Shown: piece after piece, positions 29,766 through 40,422 of the stretch
How the letters are laid out: every line of letters begins with the position of its first letter
Numbering within the stretch: the stretch's first letter is position 1
DNA from: an uncultured virus (IMG/VR IMGVR_UViG_3300002125_000001)
Lineage: Duplodnaviria > Heunggongvirae > Uroviricota > Caudoviricetes
Virus record (IMG/VR): IMGVR_UViG_3300002125_000001
Length of the DNA stretch: 64,000 nt
Direction: 5' to 3' (one strand)
Translations under genes and position numbers: made by a program
The notes under the pieces: model-generated
Seen by the model: only the letters and a program-made list of their open reading frames with translations
Told to the model about the DNA's origin: nothing
Database searches by the model: none

Positions 29766-32700
29766 TCAATAGTTCCTGTTTGCCCCGCCCGCCAGTCCGG
29801 CCGGGCGGTTGTAATTGTTGGTCACGTACTCATTGCGACCCTGCGGCATCATCGCTCGCTGTTGCGTGGCCTGGATCAATTGCGGCATAGAGGTTGTCAG
29901 GAACGTCATCAAATTCGCGTGTTGCAATTGCATATTACGGTCCATTGTGATCGTTGCATCGGCGGCGGGGTCCGTAACATGCCCGAACGCGGCGGCCTGT
30001 ATCCGTTCCCACGTACCCTCCATCGAATCCTTACCGCCCACGTCCTCACTAATCAGACCCCGGTACGTACCGCTTGCGGCCATACGGTCGGAGATCGCCT
30101 CGGCTATTTGTTTACTATTGTCCATTTCCGCCCTTTGGTTGGCGTATTTCTCTTGGATTTGCGCCATTTCCGATTCGGTTACGCCGCGTTCTTTGGCCCG
30201 TTCGGTTTCGCGTTTCTCCTGCACCGTTAAATCACGCGATTGCCGTTCGTATTGGAGTTCCCGGTTGCGTTTTTGAATCGCCTTCATCCAATCGGCACCG
30301 GTTTGCGCACCGGCCATATCGACGGCGAATTGTGTATTGATATTCCCCTCGCGCCGTTGGGATTCGCCGCGTGTTTTTATCATATCGGCTTGGAAACTAT
30401 CGGCTCTTTTCCTACGTTCGGCATCAAGTTTTACCCTTTCTTCTTCAAGTTTTTGGGCGCGTTCCTGTTCTTTTTTTGACGCCGTATTTCTGGCTTCCCG
30501 TCTGTCGTCGGCTTCCATTTTTTGTCTTTTCTGTTTCGCGTCCAGATCGTCCTGCGCCATTTGATGTTGGCCTTTTTTGGTAGCTTGGTCCATAGCCAAT
30601 TTACCCAATTGTGCTGTCCCTTCCTTGTAGCTTGCAGCCAACGTTTCCAGACTTGCCTTTTGATCGCCGTTATTGATGCCTAGTTGCTTCAATATATCTG
30701 CCAATATGTTGTTGCCCTGCATAGCTTGCGCAAGCTGCGCATCGCCCGCCGCGGCGGCGGCCTTCATAGCATCTGATATATCTGCGTTGGCTTCTTTGAG
30801 ACCCTCTTTCATTGCTTCTTTCGCTTTGTCGTCTGCTACCTGTTCATCTGTCAGGCCGGGCGTTGTTTGAGAAGGTGGACCGCCACTTGTTACTGCGCCT
30901 GTCCCTGAAATCTCGCCCGGTTTCGCTTTCTCAATCTGCTCCTTAAAATAGTCGCGTATTTCAATAGCCGTTTTTTCATCGCCATCTTTTGAAAGCGCAT
31001 TATTTATCATACCTTGTACTTTTTTGCGTTCCTCAGGACTTAAATCTGCCGTCTTAAGATAGGAAGCCATTCCTGTTGAAAGTTCTCTTGTCGCGGATGC
31101 CGCACTATCTTTCTCAGCAAACAAATTCCAACCGCTTCTTTCTTTATTGCTCTTATTTGCTTCTACAACGGTAGAACTATCCGCATACAATTTACGGAGT
31201 TCCTGCAAGTTTTTCAGTTGCTCAGGCGTTAATTCAGGCGTTTGTTCCTGTTGCCCCTGTTGTCCTTGCGTCTGCTGTTGCGGCGGCTGTTGTGGGACAT
31301 TCGGGGTATTCGCCCATTGCTGCACGTCCTCGCGGGCGGCCAATTCGCGCAGTTTTTCAACACGTTTATCGCCCGTCAAACCTCTGACTGCATCGTTAAA
31401 TTCACTTATTTTCCCCTCTTTTTGGAAAAATGCTTGAAGGCTGCTCTCCAACTTTTGGCTACCTGCAGTAAACCCTTCCATTATTTCCCTTGCCAACGCT
31501 CTCTTGTCGTCGTCCGTAAGCTCTGCCTTGACCTTTTTCTCTGCCTCTGCTTCGGACATACCCTTGCCCATAAGGTCTTTTTTCTGCTGCTCCAAACTAG
31601 CGATAAACGCCTGATCGCGGCCACCTCCTAAAGACGCCGATTGTGCTAGTGTTTTTTTCATTTGTTCCCAGCCCATATTTTCTATGGGTTTTGCCCACGT
31701 CGTAGGATCGGTCAGCGCGGCCGCTGCTTTCGCCTGTGCTTCTTCCATCTGCTTCCGGTATTCGACTTCTTTCTTGATATACTCCAACTGCATAGCGAAC
31801 CGGATCGCCATCATTTGAAGTTCCAATTGGTGTTTCATCTCAACCATTTTCATTTCAAATTGGGCTTGATCTTCGTTCTGCTGTTGTTGGAGCGCGTGTT
31901 TTTCCTTCATCGCGGCATCGTCTTCCTGATTCTTTTCGGCGGTGTCCAACGTGGCCTGTCTCTCTTCCATTTTCGTGACAATCCGGTCGAATTTTTCGGC
32001 GATTTCAATAAGCTGCAAATCACGCTGAATGTCGAACGGGGATTTGCCGTATGTGTCCATCGTTACGATTTGACGGTCCAGAACGCGGTCGAGCGTCCGT
32101 TGGAACAAATCGCGTTCTCGTTTCCGGTTCGCCAACACGGTCTCGAATGTTCGTATTTCGTTGTTCTTTCGCAACTTGTTGTACTCCACGGCCATATCGA
32201 CCATTTTCTGGTGCAAATCAAGCGCGATCTTTTGTTCCAGATCGAACCGGGCCTTTTGGTACTCGGCTTCATGCTCAACGCGGGCCTCGAACATTGATTT
32301 TTCCGCTTCCAACCGTACCTCCATTTCTCTTTTGGCATCTTCTCCCTGTAGAGCGGCGATACGCATCTGCGAGGCTTCGTACGCGACGAATTCCCGCTTC
32401 TGTCTACCGGCCCACTGCGAACCTCCGGACATATCTTTCCAATCGCCTGCCGACGCCGCGGCTTGCTTGGCCAAATCATGCAATTTATTACGGAATTCTT
32501 TCTCTGTGTTAATTTCGAGTTCGATGCGCGCCTTTTTGGCGGCCTGCAGCTCTTTTTCTTTATCCGCCAATTCATTGGTCATTCTTATTTCTTCATTTTT
32601 CCATTTGTCAAATTCATCAAAAGCCTTCTTTTGATTTTCACGCGCCTTTTCAACTTGTGCTCGCACTTCCACGTACCGTTTGGCTATCCGTTCCTCGGTT

Positions 32701-35700
32701 TCCACGTACACGTTTCCTTTTTCATCTGCGTACGTATACTTATTCCCTTGTTTAACGGCCCGTTTTTTCACGCCCTCAACGCCGCCCTCCCACACAGCTA
32801 CAAGTTTCGCATCCATCGAGTTTGCAAGTTTATCAAACTCATTTTTGAACCTTTCATTCATTTGTTCTACACGTTCTTTAAACGAATCGGGGATTTCCCA
32901 ATCTCCCGCGAGAATTACGTCAAGCGCGCCTTCATAGCTTTTGAACAACTCCTCGAATTTTGTCTTGACGGATTCCGCTATTTGATTGTCCCAGTTTTCC
33001 AAATCCGACTGTAACTTAGCTGCCTTTGCCTGGTCAATACCGGGCATCCCAAGAAAACCATGCCCCCAACTTCTTACGGACGCGCTTACCTCGTTGCTAT
33101 ACGTGTGGCCCTGCCCCGAGCGCAATTTGGGCAACAGATCGCCCTTCAAACTGGCGACGGCCAGACCAACAGCGCCACCGGCTACGGCTCCGATGGCCCC
33201 GCCAATAACCGCACCGAGGGGCCCTGCAGAAAGGCCAACGGCGGCTCCCAATTTAGCGGCAAAAGCAGAACTTGCGACTGCGGCAGTCAAACCTGTGGCA
33301 GTGGCCGTAATAATACCTGCCCCAGCGCCGATCCCCACAGCTCCGGGCATAATACCCGAATCTCCGTGCAACCCCTCACGCCGTGCCGCCTGTTGCTGCT
33401 TCCAATGCTCCATTTGTTTTTCAAACCTTTCGCGTACCTGCTGCACGCCTTTCTGCTTAACCTGGGCATCTTCCTGCGATTTTTTACGACGCTCATCAAT
33501 ATCAAGCAGCCGACGTTGGGCAGCCAAATCTGCCGCCGTCATCGTGAGGCTATCGGCGGCCATTTTCTCACGATTCCTTGCCCTCAATTTTTCCATATTG
33601 AACTCGGCCTGCATAGCGGCCAGCCGCAGTTGCGATTCTTGTTGGACCGCCAGTATACGCATTTCAGAAAGCTGTTTATTGAGCAGCATTTCTCTTTTAT
33701 ACGCCTCGTTTCTACGCTTTTCCCATAACGACCAAAAAGACGCGATTCCAGCCGCGATTAGCCCTACCCCCACCAAAATGCCTGTAGTGGCGGCAGAACC
33801 GCCAATTTTAGCAAACCGGCCGCCGCCCGACTCTGCCAGGGCTACATTGGCTGCATTTTGCGTCCCTACTCGTTGCGCTCCCGTCTGGAAAGCGTCCTTC
33901 GCCGCCTGCGGAGCCTTAGACTGCGCGAGCACGCTATCCGTATATTTTTTTATATCTTTAGTGTACAAATCCCCCACGATTTTCGTCAAATCGCCGCCCC
34001 TCTCGGCAACGATCTTTTTCCCCTGCGCAAGCGCCGACTGCATTGCCTTTTCGGACGCCGCCTTAAATTGGGTCATATTCACGCCAGCATCTTTGGCAAG
34101 CCCGGCAAGACCTGCTATGCCTTTCTTAGCGTTTCCAAACGCGAGAATGGTATCCAAAGATTTACCGGCGTTCGTCATGGTAGTCATAACGTTCTTCATA
34201 CCCATCAGGCCCGCGCTTGCCTGATCGACAATTTTTAGAAAACCATCGGGAATAGGAACGCCGAACGCTCGCATATCGCGCATCGTTTGGTTCACCTTGC
34301 CCAACGCGCCGTGCAGACGTTCGATAGAGCCAACGGCGGATTTGAATTTAGTGATTTCCGTATGCAGTTTTTGGAAATCGCCCCGGATCGAAACGGCCTG
34401 TTGCCCCAACTCCTTTTGCTTCTGGATCAGCGCATCGAACTGTTTGACCTCCTCCGGCGTAATAATGCCCAAAGATTCCTTCTGTTCCATCTTCTTGATT
34501 TCATCCCCTATATCTTTGGCTTTTTCCCTTACCTCATCCATTGAAGACGACAATTCAACGAACTTTTCCTGCATAGCGATAACGGTAGCCGGGTCCAACG
34601 TCCGGGAAGGATCGATACCCGCTATAGCGCCATCAACTTCCCCCAAAGCATCCGCAACGCCGTCCAACTGACTCTGTATACCATCCGTATCCAACGACAA
34701 ACGAAGATCGCCGCTGGTTAGCGCATCAATCTGTTCTTTCGTCATTTTCGCGCCGGTGCCCAATTGCCGGGTAACATCGAGTATTTCCAACAGCGAGGTA
34801 GGGGGCGCACCGTCTGATTTAGAGATAGCCTGTATAGTGGCAATCGCGTCGCCCATATCGAACGCGATGTCGCGGGCCACCCGTTGCGATTCCTCGCCGA
34901 CCTCAACAATATGCTTTTTCAAATTCTCGTATACACCTGCAGTATCAATATCGGAGACGGACACGCCCGCCTTGTTTGCGCTCTCCTCAAACTTAGCCAT
35001 CGCCGCGTTGACAGTATCAATTCCCGCCTTCCCATTCTGAAAATCGGCCAGCGCAGCGTTAAGCATCTGGAACGCCGTCGATACCTGTTTGCCACTTTTG
35101 GGGATCGCCTTAATCGCCTCGTCCATTTTCCCGGCTTCGGCGGCGTACTGAGTAAATTCGGACACGGGCAATTTCATGCCGCCGAGTTCTTCCAGTTTCT
35201 TCCGGTACTTTTCAACTTTTTCAATGTCCGCGTCGCTAACAAGAGCACCCGTCGATTGGATGTCTTTGAACGATTGTTGCAATTGTGGCGGGAGTTCCAA
35301 TTTTTCCAATTTGCCGCCGATAGTTTCGACGTACTTGGCGAACGTTTGGGTGGATATACTACCCTGATCTAATTTCTCTTTTGCCCCGTCCAAGATGGTC
35401 AGCAGGCGTTCGGCTTCCGCCTTATCGCCGAAATCCAATTCAAAACCCTGCAAAGCGTCTTTTGCCGTCTTGAACTTTTGCTCGAATTCAGTCAAATTAG
35501 ACTTGGCGTTCGAGAGCATCTTTTCAATCTCGGCGTCGGCCTCTTTCAACTTCTCCGTCAGCCCGCTGGAAGAGATCGCCGTGTTCATACGGCTAAACAA
35601 CGAACTGACAAGCGTAGTCATCGATTCGGCGACTTTTCCGGCCTGCTCCGTCATACCGTTATTCATAAGGAGCATGAACTGTTCGATCTGGCCCTTAATC

Positions 35701-36017
35701 GCGCCGGTATCCGTCTTGAACTGCATCGAGAGCGCAGGCTGCGATTTGAGTATCTTGTCGAACATGTTCATCGCCTTCGTAGCAAACGCGGCCAGTTCGC
35801 GTTCGTCTACCTTAGAATCCTTCGTGAAAAGCTGCAACGATTCCTTTTCATTAAAGAATTTCTGGACCTGCGCCACTGTCCTTTTCAAGTCTTTATCGTC
35901 CGTAGAGAAACCTACCTTGATATTAGAGGCGGCGGTGGCGAGCGCGTTTGTTAGCTGTTTAACCGCGTCTTGAAAAAGCAACTTAACCTGCACATCTACT
36001 TCGGGCGTCTTTGGCAT
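29766..36017 (-). CDS. tail tape measure protein
   Basis: 2083 aa, Ala/Lys/Glu/Gln-rich and helical, with Gly/Ala hydrophobic stretches; lies after the chaperones and before the tail tip genes. Confidence 0.85.
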   Translation of the reverse strand: MPKTPEVDVQVKLLFQDAVKQLTNALATAASNIKVGFSTDDKDLKRTVAQVQKFFNEKESLQLFTKDSKVDERELAAFATKAMNMFDKILKSQPALSMQFKTDTGAIKGQIEQFMLLMNNGMTEQAGKVAESMTTLVSSLFSRMNTAISSSGLTEKLKEADAEIEKMLSNAKSNLTEFEQKFKTAKDALQGFELDFGDKAEAERLLTILDGAKEKLDQGSISTQTFAKYVETIGGKLEKLELPPQLQQSFKDIQSTGALVSDADIEKVEKYRKKLEELGGMKLPVSEFTQYAAEAGKMDEAIKAIPKSGKQVSTAFQMLNAALADFQNGKAGIDTVNAAMAKFEESANKAGVSVSDIDTAGVYENLKKHIVEVGEESQRVARDIAFDMGDAIATIQAISKSDGAPPTSLLEILDVTRQLGTGAKMTKEQIDALTSGDLRLSLDTDGIQSQLDGVADALGEVDGAIAGIDPSRTLDPATVIAMQEKFVELSSSMDEVREKAKDIGDEIKKMEQKESLGIITPEEVKQFDALIQKQKELGQQAVSIRGDFQKLHTEITKFKSAVGSIERLHGALGKVNQTMRDMRAFGVPIPDGFLKIVDQASAGLMGMKNVMTTMTNAGKSLDTILAFGNAKKGIAGLAGLAKDAGVNMTQFKAASEKAMQSALAQGKKIVAERGGDLTKIVGDLYTKDIKKYTDSVLAQSKAPQAAKDAFQTGAQRVGTQNAANVALAESGGGRFAKIGGSAATTGILVGVGLIAAGIASFWSLWEKRRNEAYKREMLLNKQLSEMRILAVQQESQLRLAAMQAEFNMEKLRARNREKMAADSLTMTAADLAAQRRLLDIDERRKKSQEDAQVKQKGVQQVRERFEKQMEHWKQQQAARREGLHGDSGIMPGAVGIGAGAGIITATATGLTAAVASSAFAAKLGAAVGLSAGPLGAVIGGAIGAVAGGAVGLAVASLKGDLLPKLRSGQGHTYSNEVSASVRSWGHGFLGMPGIDQAKAAKLQSDLENWDNQIAESVKTKFEELFKSYEGALDVILAGDWEIPDSFKERVEQMNERFKNEFDKLANSMDAKLVAVWEGGVEGVKKRAVKQGNKYTYADEKGNVYVETEERIAKRYVEVRAQVEKARENQKKAFDEFDKWKNEEIRMTNELADKEKELQAAKKARIELEINTEKEFRNKLHDLAKQAAASAGDWKDMSGGSQWAGRQKREFVAYEASQMRIAALQGEDAKREMEVRLEAEKSMFEARVEHEAEYQKARFDLEQKIALDLHQKMVDMAVEYNKLRKNNEIRTFETVLANRKRERDLFQRTLDRVLDRQIVTMDTYGKSPFDIQRDLQLIEIAEKFDRIVTKMEERQATLDTAEKNQEDDAAMKEKHALQQQQNEDQAQFEMKMVEMKHQLELQMMAIRFAMQLEYIKKEVEYRKQMEEAQAKAAAALTDPTTWAKPIENMGWEQMKKTLAQSASLGGGRDQAFIASLEQQKKDLMGKGMSEAEAEKKVKAELTDDDKRALAREIMEGFTAGSQKLESSLQAFFQKEGKISEFNDAVRGLTGDKRVEKLRELAAREDVQQWANTPNVPQQPPQQQTQGQQGQQEQTPELTPEQLKNLQELRKLYADSSTVVEANKSNKERSGWNLFAEKDSAASATRELSTGMASYLKTADLSPEERKKVQGMINNALSKDGDEKTAIEIRDYFKEQIEKAKPGEISGTGAVTSGGPPSQTTPGLTDEQVADDKAKEAMKEGLKEANADISDAMKAAAAAGDAQLAQAMQGNNILADILKQLGINNGDQKASLETLAASYKEGTAQLGKLAMDQATKKGQHQMAQDDLDAKQKRQKMEADDRREARNTASKKEQERAQKLEEERVKLDAERRKRADSFQADMIKTRGESQRREGNINTQFAVDMAGAQTGADWMKAIQKRNRELQYERQSRDLTVQEKRETERAKERGVTESEMAQIQEKYANQRAEMDNSKQIAEAISDRMAASGTYRGLISEDVGGKDSMEGTWERIQAAAFGHVTDPAADATITMDRNMQLQHANLMTFLTTSMPQLIQATQQRAMMPQGRNEYVTNNYNRPAGLAGGANRNY

Positions 36018-36253
36018 CGTAATTCAAAGCGTAAGGGGGCGCTCACCTTCCCAAAACAATCAAGAGTTTTCCGAAAATGCGGAAAACATAAATTTGCATG
36101 TAGTATAGCCTAAAACCCTCAAAAAACAACCACCGGAATTACCAAATATACGGTTTATACGACCACGACGTTTCATTCTTACAATTCGTTTTAAAACAGA
36201 CGATACAACGCGGTGTCTGCCCGTTTTAATCAAGCGTACAAAATAATAGAAAC

Positions 36254-37420
36254 ATGCCCACGCAAAAGAAACAAAAAATGACGCCAGAAAACGATTTCCG
36301 TGAAATACTCCAAGAGACATTCCAAAAAATTGCACACGCGGCCACAGAAAATGAAAAACACTTAAAAAAACAAGAGACCAACAGCAGCATGACCGAGACG
36401 GAAACGATCTCTATACTGATCGAGCCGCTTATTACCATACTGGGGTACGACAAGAACGATCTTCGGGAAATCAGACAAGAATACACAGCAAAAAAGCAAA
36501 CAACAAAAGGGAACAAAAGAGTAGACATTGCGATTCTCCAACGGCAGGATGGGAAAGCAATAATGGTCTGGGAATGCAAGGCAAGAAGAGTGCCGCTCGG
36601 CAACTCAGGGGTTTCGCAGCTTAGGGGATACTTTAAAACTCATAGGGCTGCCATTGGCGTTCTTACAAACGGCATCCACTACCAGTTCTACACAAACATC
36701 GACAACCCCGAAAGTAACGAAATGGACAACGAACCTTTTCTGGAATACAACACAGGCAATAGTCTACCTCCCAATCAACTTGATGTTTTTGAGTACCTTA
36801 GAAAAGACAAGTTTAATCTGAAACAAATACACGAAATAGGAAAAGAACAAAAGGACATCAACAGGATCAAACGGGTACTATACAGCCTTTTTTTGGAAAC
36901 AGGCCCAGACGAATTTTACCAAATAACAGCGGCAATGGCCAAACTCGGGAAAGGACTCGCCGAATCAAAACAGATTATCAAATCCGCCTTCATACGCATG
37001 GTAGAAGACGGCGTAATCCCAGCCGAAAGCACAGGAATTTTATACAAGGAAAAATTCGACGAATGGAAAACCAGTTTGTCAGAAACGACCGTGAAACTTT
37101 TTGAAAAATTAGAAAAGTACGTGTTAAGTCTCGAAAATGTCAAAACAAACCTTTCAAGTGCGTACAAAAGCTACGCGGCCCGCAAACAATTCATGCAAAT
37201 GATGTACTGCGGCGGAAGAAAGAAACTAAGAATTCTACTGCTGGGATTGAACGTAGAAGAAATGGGAAAAGCCAAAAAATCATTGGAAAACACAGAGATA
37301 CAATATCACGGCAAAGAACTTAGACTCTTTATAGAGAACGAGGACAATTTGGAGAGAGCCAAACCGATTATTGAAAGAGCATACGAAAAAGCATACGAAA
37401 AAACGACAAAAAGAAAATAG
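36254..37420 (+). CDS. HsdR_N-like PD-(D/E)XK nuclease with C-terminal DUF5655-like domain (moron, possible defence gene)
   Basis: LIEPLITILGYD..EY...RVDIAI....WECKA...QLRGYF...GVLTNGIHYQFY; opposite strand, A-rich. Confidence 0.75.
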   Translation: MPTQKKQKMTPENDFREILQETFQKIAHAATENEKHLKKQETNSSMTETETISILIEPLITILGYDKNDLREIRQEYTAKKQTTKGNKRVDIAILQRQDGKAIMVWECKARRVPLGNSGVSQLRGYFKTHRAAIGVLTNGIHYQFYTNIDNPESNEMDNEPFLEYNTGNSLPPNQLDVFEYLRKDKFNLKQIHEIGKEQKDINRIKRVLYSLFLETGPDEFYQITAAMAKLGKGLAESKQIIKSAFIRMVEDGVIPAESTGILYKEKFDEWKTSLSETTVKLFEKLEKYVLSLENVKTNLSSAYKSYAARKQFMQMMYCGGRKKLRILLLGLNVEEMGKAKKSLENTEIQYHGKELRLFIENEDNLERAKPIIERAYEKAYEKTTKRK

Positions 37421-37426
37421 CGCCAA

Positions 37427-37454
37427 CAATTCCCGGCCACGTGGCCGGGAATTG
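37427..37454. terminator. 28-bp perfect palindrome between convergent genes
   Basis: CAATTCCCGGCCACGTGGCCGGGAATTG; variant of the GCCACGTGGC family. Confidence 0.65.
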
Positions 37455-37473
37455 CAATTTCTGCTCGTTTCTC

Positions 37474-38148
37474 TTAGCCGTCGAGCGAGGCAATAAAATC
37501 TTTAATTTCGTTGACCTTCGCCTCAAACGCATCCCGGTACTTTGGGTCTACTTTCACGTCCGGGCGGTTCATGTGCATCCGCCCTATAGTGATCCATTGT
37601 TGTATCCCTTCGATATTTTGCTTAAACGACGCATCCATTTTATTCAAAAAGCGTTCTTTTTCCGCCAACTTATCTCCCCATTTGGAAGGATCGGATTTCG
37701 CAAAATCGCCCAAAAACTTTTTTGAAGTAGCGTCAATATCTTTCCACTTCAAATCCGAACGCAAATCTCGCAAATCCCTTGTCATCACATCTAAAACAGA
37801 GCCAGGAGTACGCGGCCCAGTCAACGTGCTCATATCCGTATACCCGCTGCTCGGATCGTATACGTACTTGATTTCGTTGAACGCGGCCTGGCTCGACCCG
37901 GCCGGACGCGATTGCCCGCCGGTGTTACGCTCGAAAACGCTAAGATCGGCCACCCCGTCGCTACTGTAGTATTCCCTATCGCTCATATCATCCTCATCTT
38001 CTTTAACTTCATAAGTGTCGGCTACGAGTGCCCTATAGTTCTTCCAATCTTCCCACGTAACGCCGTTCCACAAGGCAACAAGGAAAAAGTAGCCCAGAAT
38101 CAAAACTGGCGTTAGCACAACACCGATTATAACAAAAGGTATAAACAT
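37474..38148 (-). CDS. membrane-anchored protein carrying an internal class A leader motif
   Basis: N-terminal TM helix, then VADLSVFER...SQAAFN; alternative ATG at 37986. Confidence 0.6.
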   Translation of the reverse strand: MFIPFVIIGVVLTPVLILGYFFLVALWNGVTWEDWKNYRALVADTYEVKEDEDDMSDREYYSSDGVADLSVFERNTGGQSRPAGSSQAAFNEIKYVYDPSSGYTDMSTLTGPRTPGSVLDVMTRDLRDLRSDLKWKDIDATSKKFLGDFAKSDPSKWGDKLAEKERFLNKMDASFKQNIEGIQQWITIGRMHMNRPDVKVDPKYRDAFEAKVNEIKDFIASLDG

Positions 38149-38205
38149 AGCAACATAGTCGGGTGAAAAAGTGTGGGAAAAACGGAAAATAGTCGCCGCT
38201 AAAGG

Positions 38206-38856
38206 TTAAATCGAAGCCGGAGATTCATTGATTTTTTTGAGTTCTTCGACGCTCTGTTCCATCCGGTCCAAAGCGTTCATTGCTTCTTGGGCCATCGCGG
38301 ACGAGCCGCCAGCCACTTTTTCTTTAATGTCTTCTCGCAACAGGTCGGCCATTACTTCGTCGGGTTCGCCGTCCGCGTTTACCGGGGTATTGATTTCTAC
38401 AATTTTTTCGATGAGCGTATCTACATCGGGCTGTATCTCGCCTGTATTGGTAAGCGAGAGCATCTTTCCTAGCAGGTCCATACCTTCCACGTTCACAAAA
38501 CCTTCGGGGAACAGCATATCACGGAATTGCTCGAACGTGAACGGCGGATTTTGGATCATCTGATACATCAGACGGGACATCCCGTAGGCACTCCCAAAAA
38601 GGATGTCACGCCCGTCCCCGTATTGGAACGTTAGTTTTGCACAATAGGCCAGCGCCGCCATAAGCAACTCCTGCTTTTCAACCGCGTTCATACCGTCGGT
38701 AGCGAGCGTTACGTTCTTCATATACTGTTGCCGTACCCAAACGTCGAGTTCTTCGTAATCCTTCGCCGTTATATGCTTGAGGATAACGGGGGTCCCGTTC
38801 GGCAATGTGAACGGATGTGCAACGGTACGCGGGTCAACTTGTTTTTCTTCTGACAT
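38206..38856 (-). CDS. putative tail assembly chaperone (paralog of 44038..44799)
   Basis: Upstream of TMP; aligns by eye with the N-terminal 120 aa of 44038..44799. Confidence 0.55.
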   Translation of the reverse strand: MSEEKQVDPRTVAHPFTLPNGTPVILKHITAKDYEELDVWVRQQYMKNVTLATDGMNAVEKQELLMAALAYCAKLTFQYGDGRDILFGSAYGMSRLMYQMIQNPPFTFEQFRDMLFPEGFVNVEGMDLLGKMLSLTNTGEIQPDVDTLIEKIVEINTPVNADGEPDEVMADLLREDIKEKVAGGSSAMAQEAMNALDRMEQSVEELKKINESPASI

Positions 38857-38867
38857 CGTGATAGTTA

Positions 38868-38906
38868 TTGCTAAGGGCTATCGGGGCGACGGTTCCAAAT
38901 ATGGCT
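38868..38906. repeat. 39-bp direct repeat, copy 1 (copy 2 at 39754..39792)
   Basis: TTGCTAAGGG[C/T]TATCGGGGCGACGGTTCCAAATATGGCT, 1 mismatch; corresponds to the 3' end of the Lar-like gene. Confidence 0.9.
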
Positions 38907-38915
38907 GCCATCCTC

Positions 38916-39281
38916 TTAATCTTTTCCTAAACTGTCATTATCATCCTGGATAATATCGGTTTTAATGTTGTGGATTGCCGTTCTGCCTTCCGGAGCGCAT
39001 CGAGAACTGAACGCCTGTACAATTTCTAAGCGAATGTAGCGGTATGGGCACATCTGTTCCGCTTCAAGTTCCGGCGGCATCAAAACATTTTCAACGTTGA
39101 ATGCGGCTATGCGGTCGTTGTGTTTCACAAAATTGCGTATCGTTACCTGCAATTCGTCGATAACCAATTTGTCGCCCCGGACAAACATTTCAACAAACTC
39201 ATCTATTGACCGGACATCCCAAATCGTACAACCGGGTAGCGTCCAACCTCTGGGCGGCCTTATTGTTATTTTAATTTTCAT
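38916..39281 (-). CDS. partner gene of leader ORF 39278..39697
   Basis: ATGA overlap with the upstream leader ORF. Confidence 0.65.
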   Translation of the reverse strand: MKIKITIRPPRGWTLPGCTIWDVRSIDEFVEMFVRGDKLVIDELQVTIRNFVKHNDRIAAFNVENVLMPPELEAEQMCPYRYIRLEIVQAFSSRCAPEGRTAIHNIKTDIIQDDNDSLGKD

Positions 39282-39697
39282 TGTGATCCGCCATATTTTT
39301 CTTTAAAATAATCATCGTATTGGACAATATCTGATATTGTATAAACGCCCAATTCCATTAGCTCTTTTTTTCTATCTGCGTAATCATCTTTCCGTTTATC
39401 AATCATCGACATCATCGCCTTATTAAGGTGCTGTTGAATTCTATCGCCGTCAGTTGGCATCCTTAAACGCCGCGATTCTTCGATAACTTCCTCTTCTAGC
39501 CCTAGAATAATATCTTTTTGTTTTTCCGCATCCCATTCGTTCCACGGTTGTGGTTTGCCTATAAACTCAGCATTATCAACCGTTGCGCCTTCGGTCGTGT
39601 TTTCCTCTTGAAACGCTGACATATTGCCGCTACCACCGGCTTTGCCCGTTTCAAGCAATTCATTGAAACTACTCGCTACTCTCATTTTATGTTTCAT
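39278..39697 (-). CDS. class B leader + unknown cargo
   Basis: MRVASSFNELLETGKAGGSGNMSAFQ...VDN. Confidence 0.75.
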   Translation of the reverse strand: MKHKMRVASSFNELLETGKAGGSGNMSAFQEENTTEGATVDNAEFIGKPQPWNEWDAEKQKDIILGLEEEVIEESRRLRMPTDGDRIQQHLNKAMMSMIDKRKDDYADRKKELMELGVYTISDIVQYDDYFKEKYGGSQ

Positions 39698-39756
39698 TCA
39701 AAAAAGTAACAAACGCAAACATCCGTAGTATGCCTGTTCCTATTATTTATCTGTTG

Positions 39757-40074
39757 CTAAGGGTTATCGGGGCGACGGTTCCAAATATGGCTCACGTACT
39801 GCAACACGTTTTTAATCGAAACTTCATTATCTGCAGCACAATCGTGGTATGTCCGTAACAAACAAGGAAAACAAGCAACGTGGAAGTAATGGGGGTCTGC
39901 GTTAGACGGCGTATAGCTGTAAACAACATACACATCTGTTTTTCCGCATTTAGGACATGGCAGCAATTCGCTCTCTGTCTGTCGGATTAAACGCTTTAAT
40001 TCATAAGCATCCTCCAAATCGTCCAAAGAGTATCGCAATTTTTCAGGAATATTTTGTTTTATTGTCGTTTTCAT
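39757..40074 (-). CDS. Lar-like (restriction alleviation family) Zn-finger partner protein
   Basis: LLPCPKCG...VACFPC...WNRR. Confidence 0.7.
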   Translation of the reverse strand: MKTTIKQNIPEKLRYSLDDLEDAYELKRLIRQTESELLPCPKCGKTDVYVVYSYTPSNADPHYFHVACFPCLLRTYHDCAADNEVSIKNVLQYVSHIWNRRPDNP

Positions 40075-40092
40075 GTTTTTCTAACAACAGTG

Positions 40093-40422
40093 CTATTCAA
40101 ACCAGCCGTGCCCGTATTTCCATTTGCCAAAACCATGCGTATTCTTAAATTGATCCGCCTGTTCTCTTGTAATTGACCGATAGCCTTCAAGAAAAAACGG
40201 ATTGCCTTCAGAACCCGGTTCTGTTACAACAATGTCATACCCATCTCTATCCTGCGCAATATACAGCGAAATATCATAAAAAGATACGGGAGATAAATCC
40301 TCAACGGGCTTTTCTCCGGTCGGCATATTCTCCACTGAAACAGATTGAAACGCTGACATATTGCAGCTGCCACCGGCATTGCCCGTTTCAAGCAATTCAT
40401 TGAAACTACCCACTACTCGCAT
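40093..40422 (-). CDS. class B leader + cargo X
   Basis: MRVVGSFNELLETGNAGGSCNMSAFQSVSVEN|MP; cargo ends FKNTHGFGKW. Confidence 0.75.
   Translation of the reverse strand: MRVVGSFNELLETGNAGGSCNMSAFQSVSVENMPTGEKPVEDLSPVSFYDISLYIAQDRDGYDIVVTEPGSEGNPFFLEGYRSITREQADQFKNTHGFGKWKYGHGWFE

Noticed and set aside
29748..35973. Numerous long plus-strand ORFs (e.g. 32986..34224)
   Set aside because: Antisense shadows of the tape measure gene, with no independent motifs or RBS.
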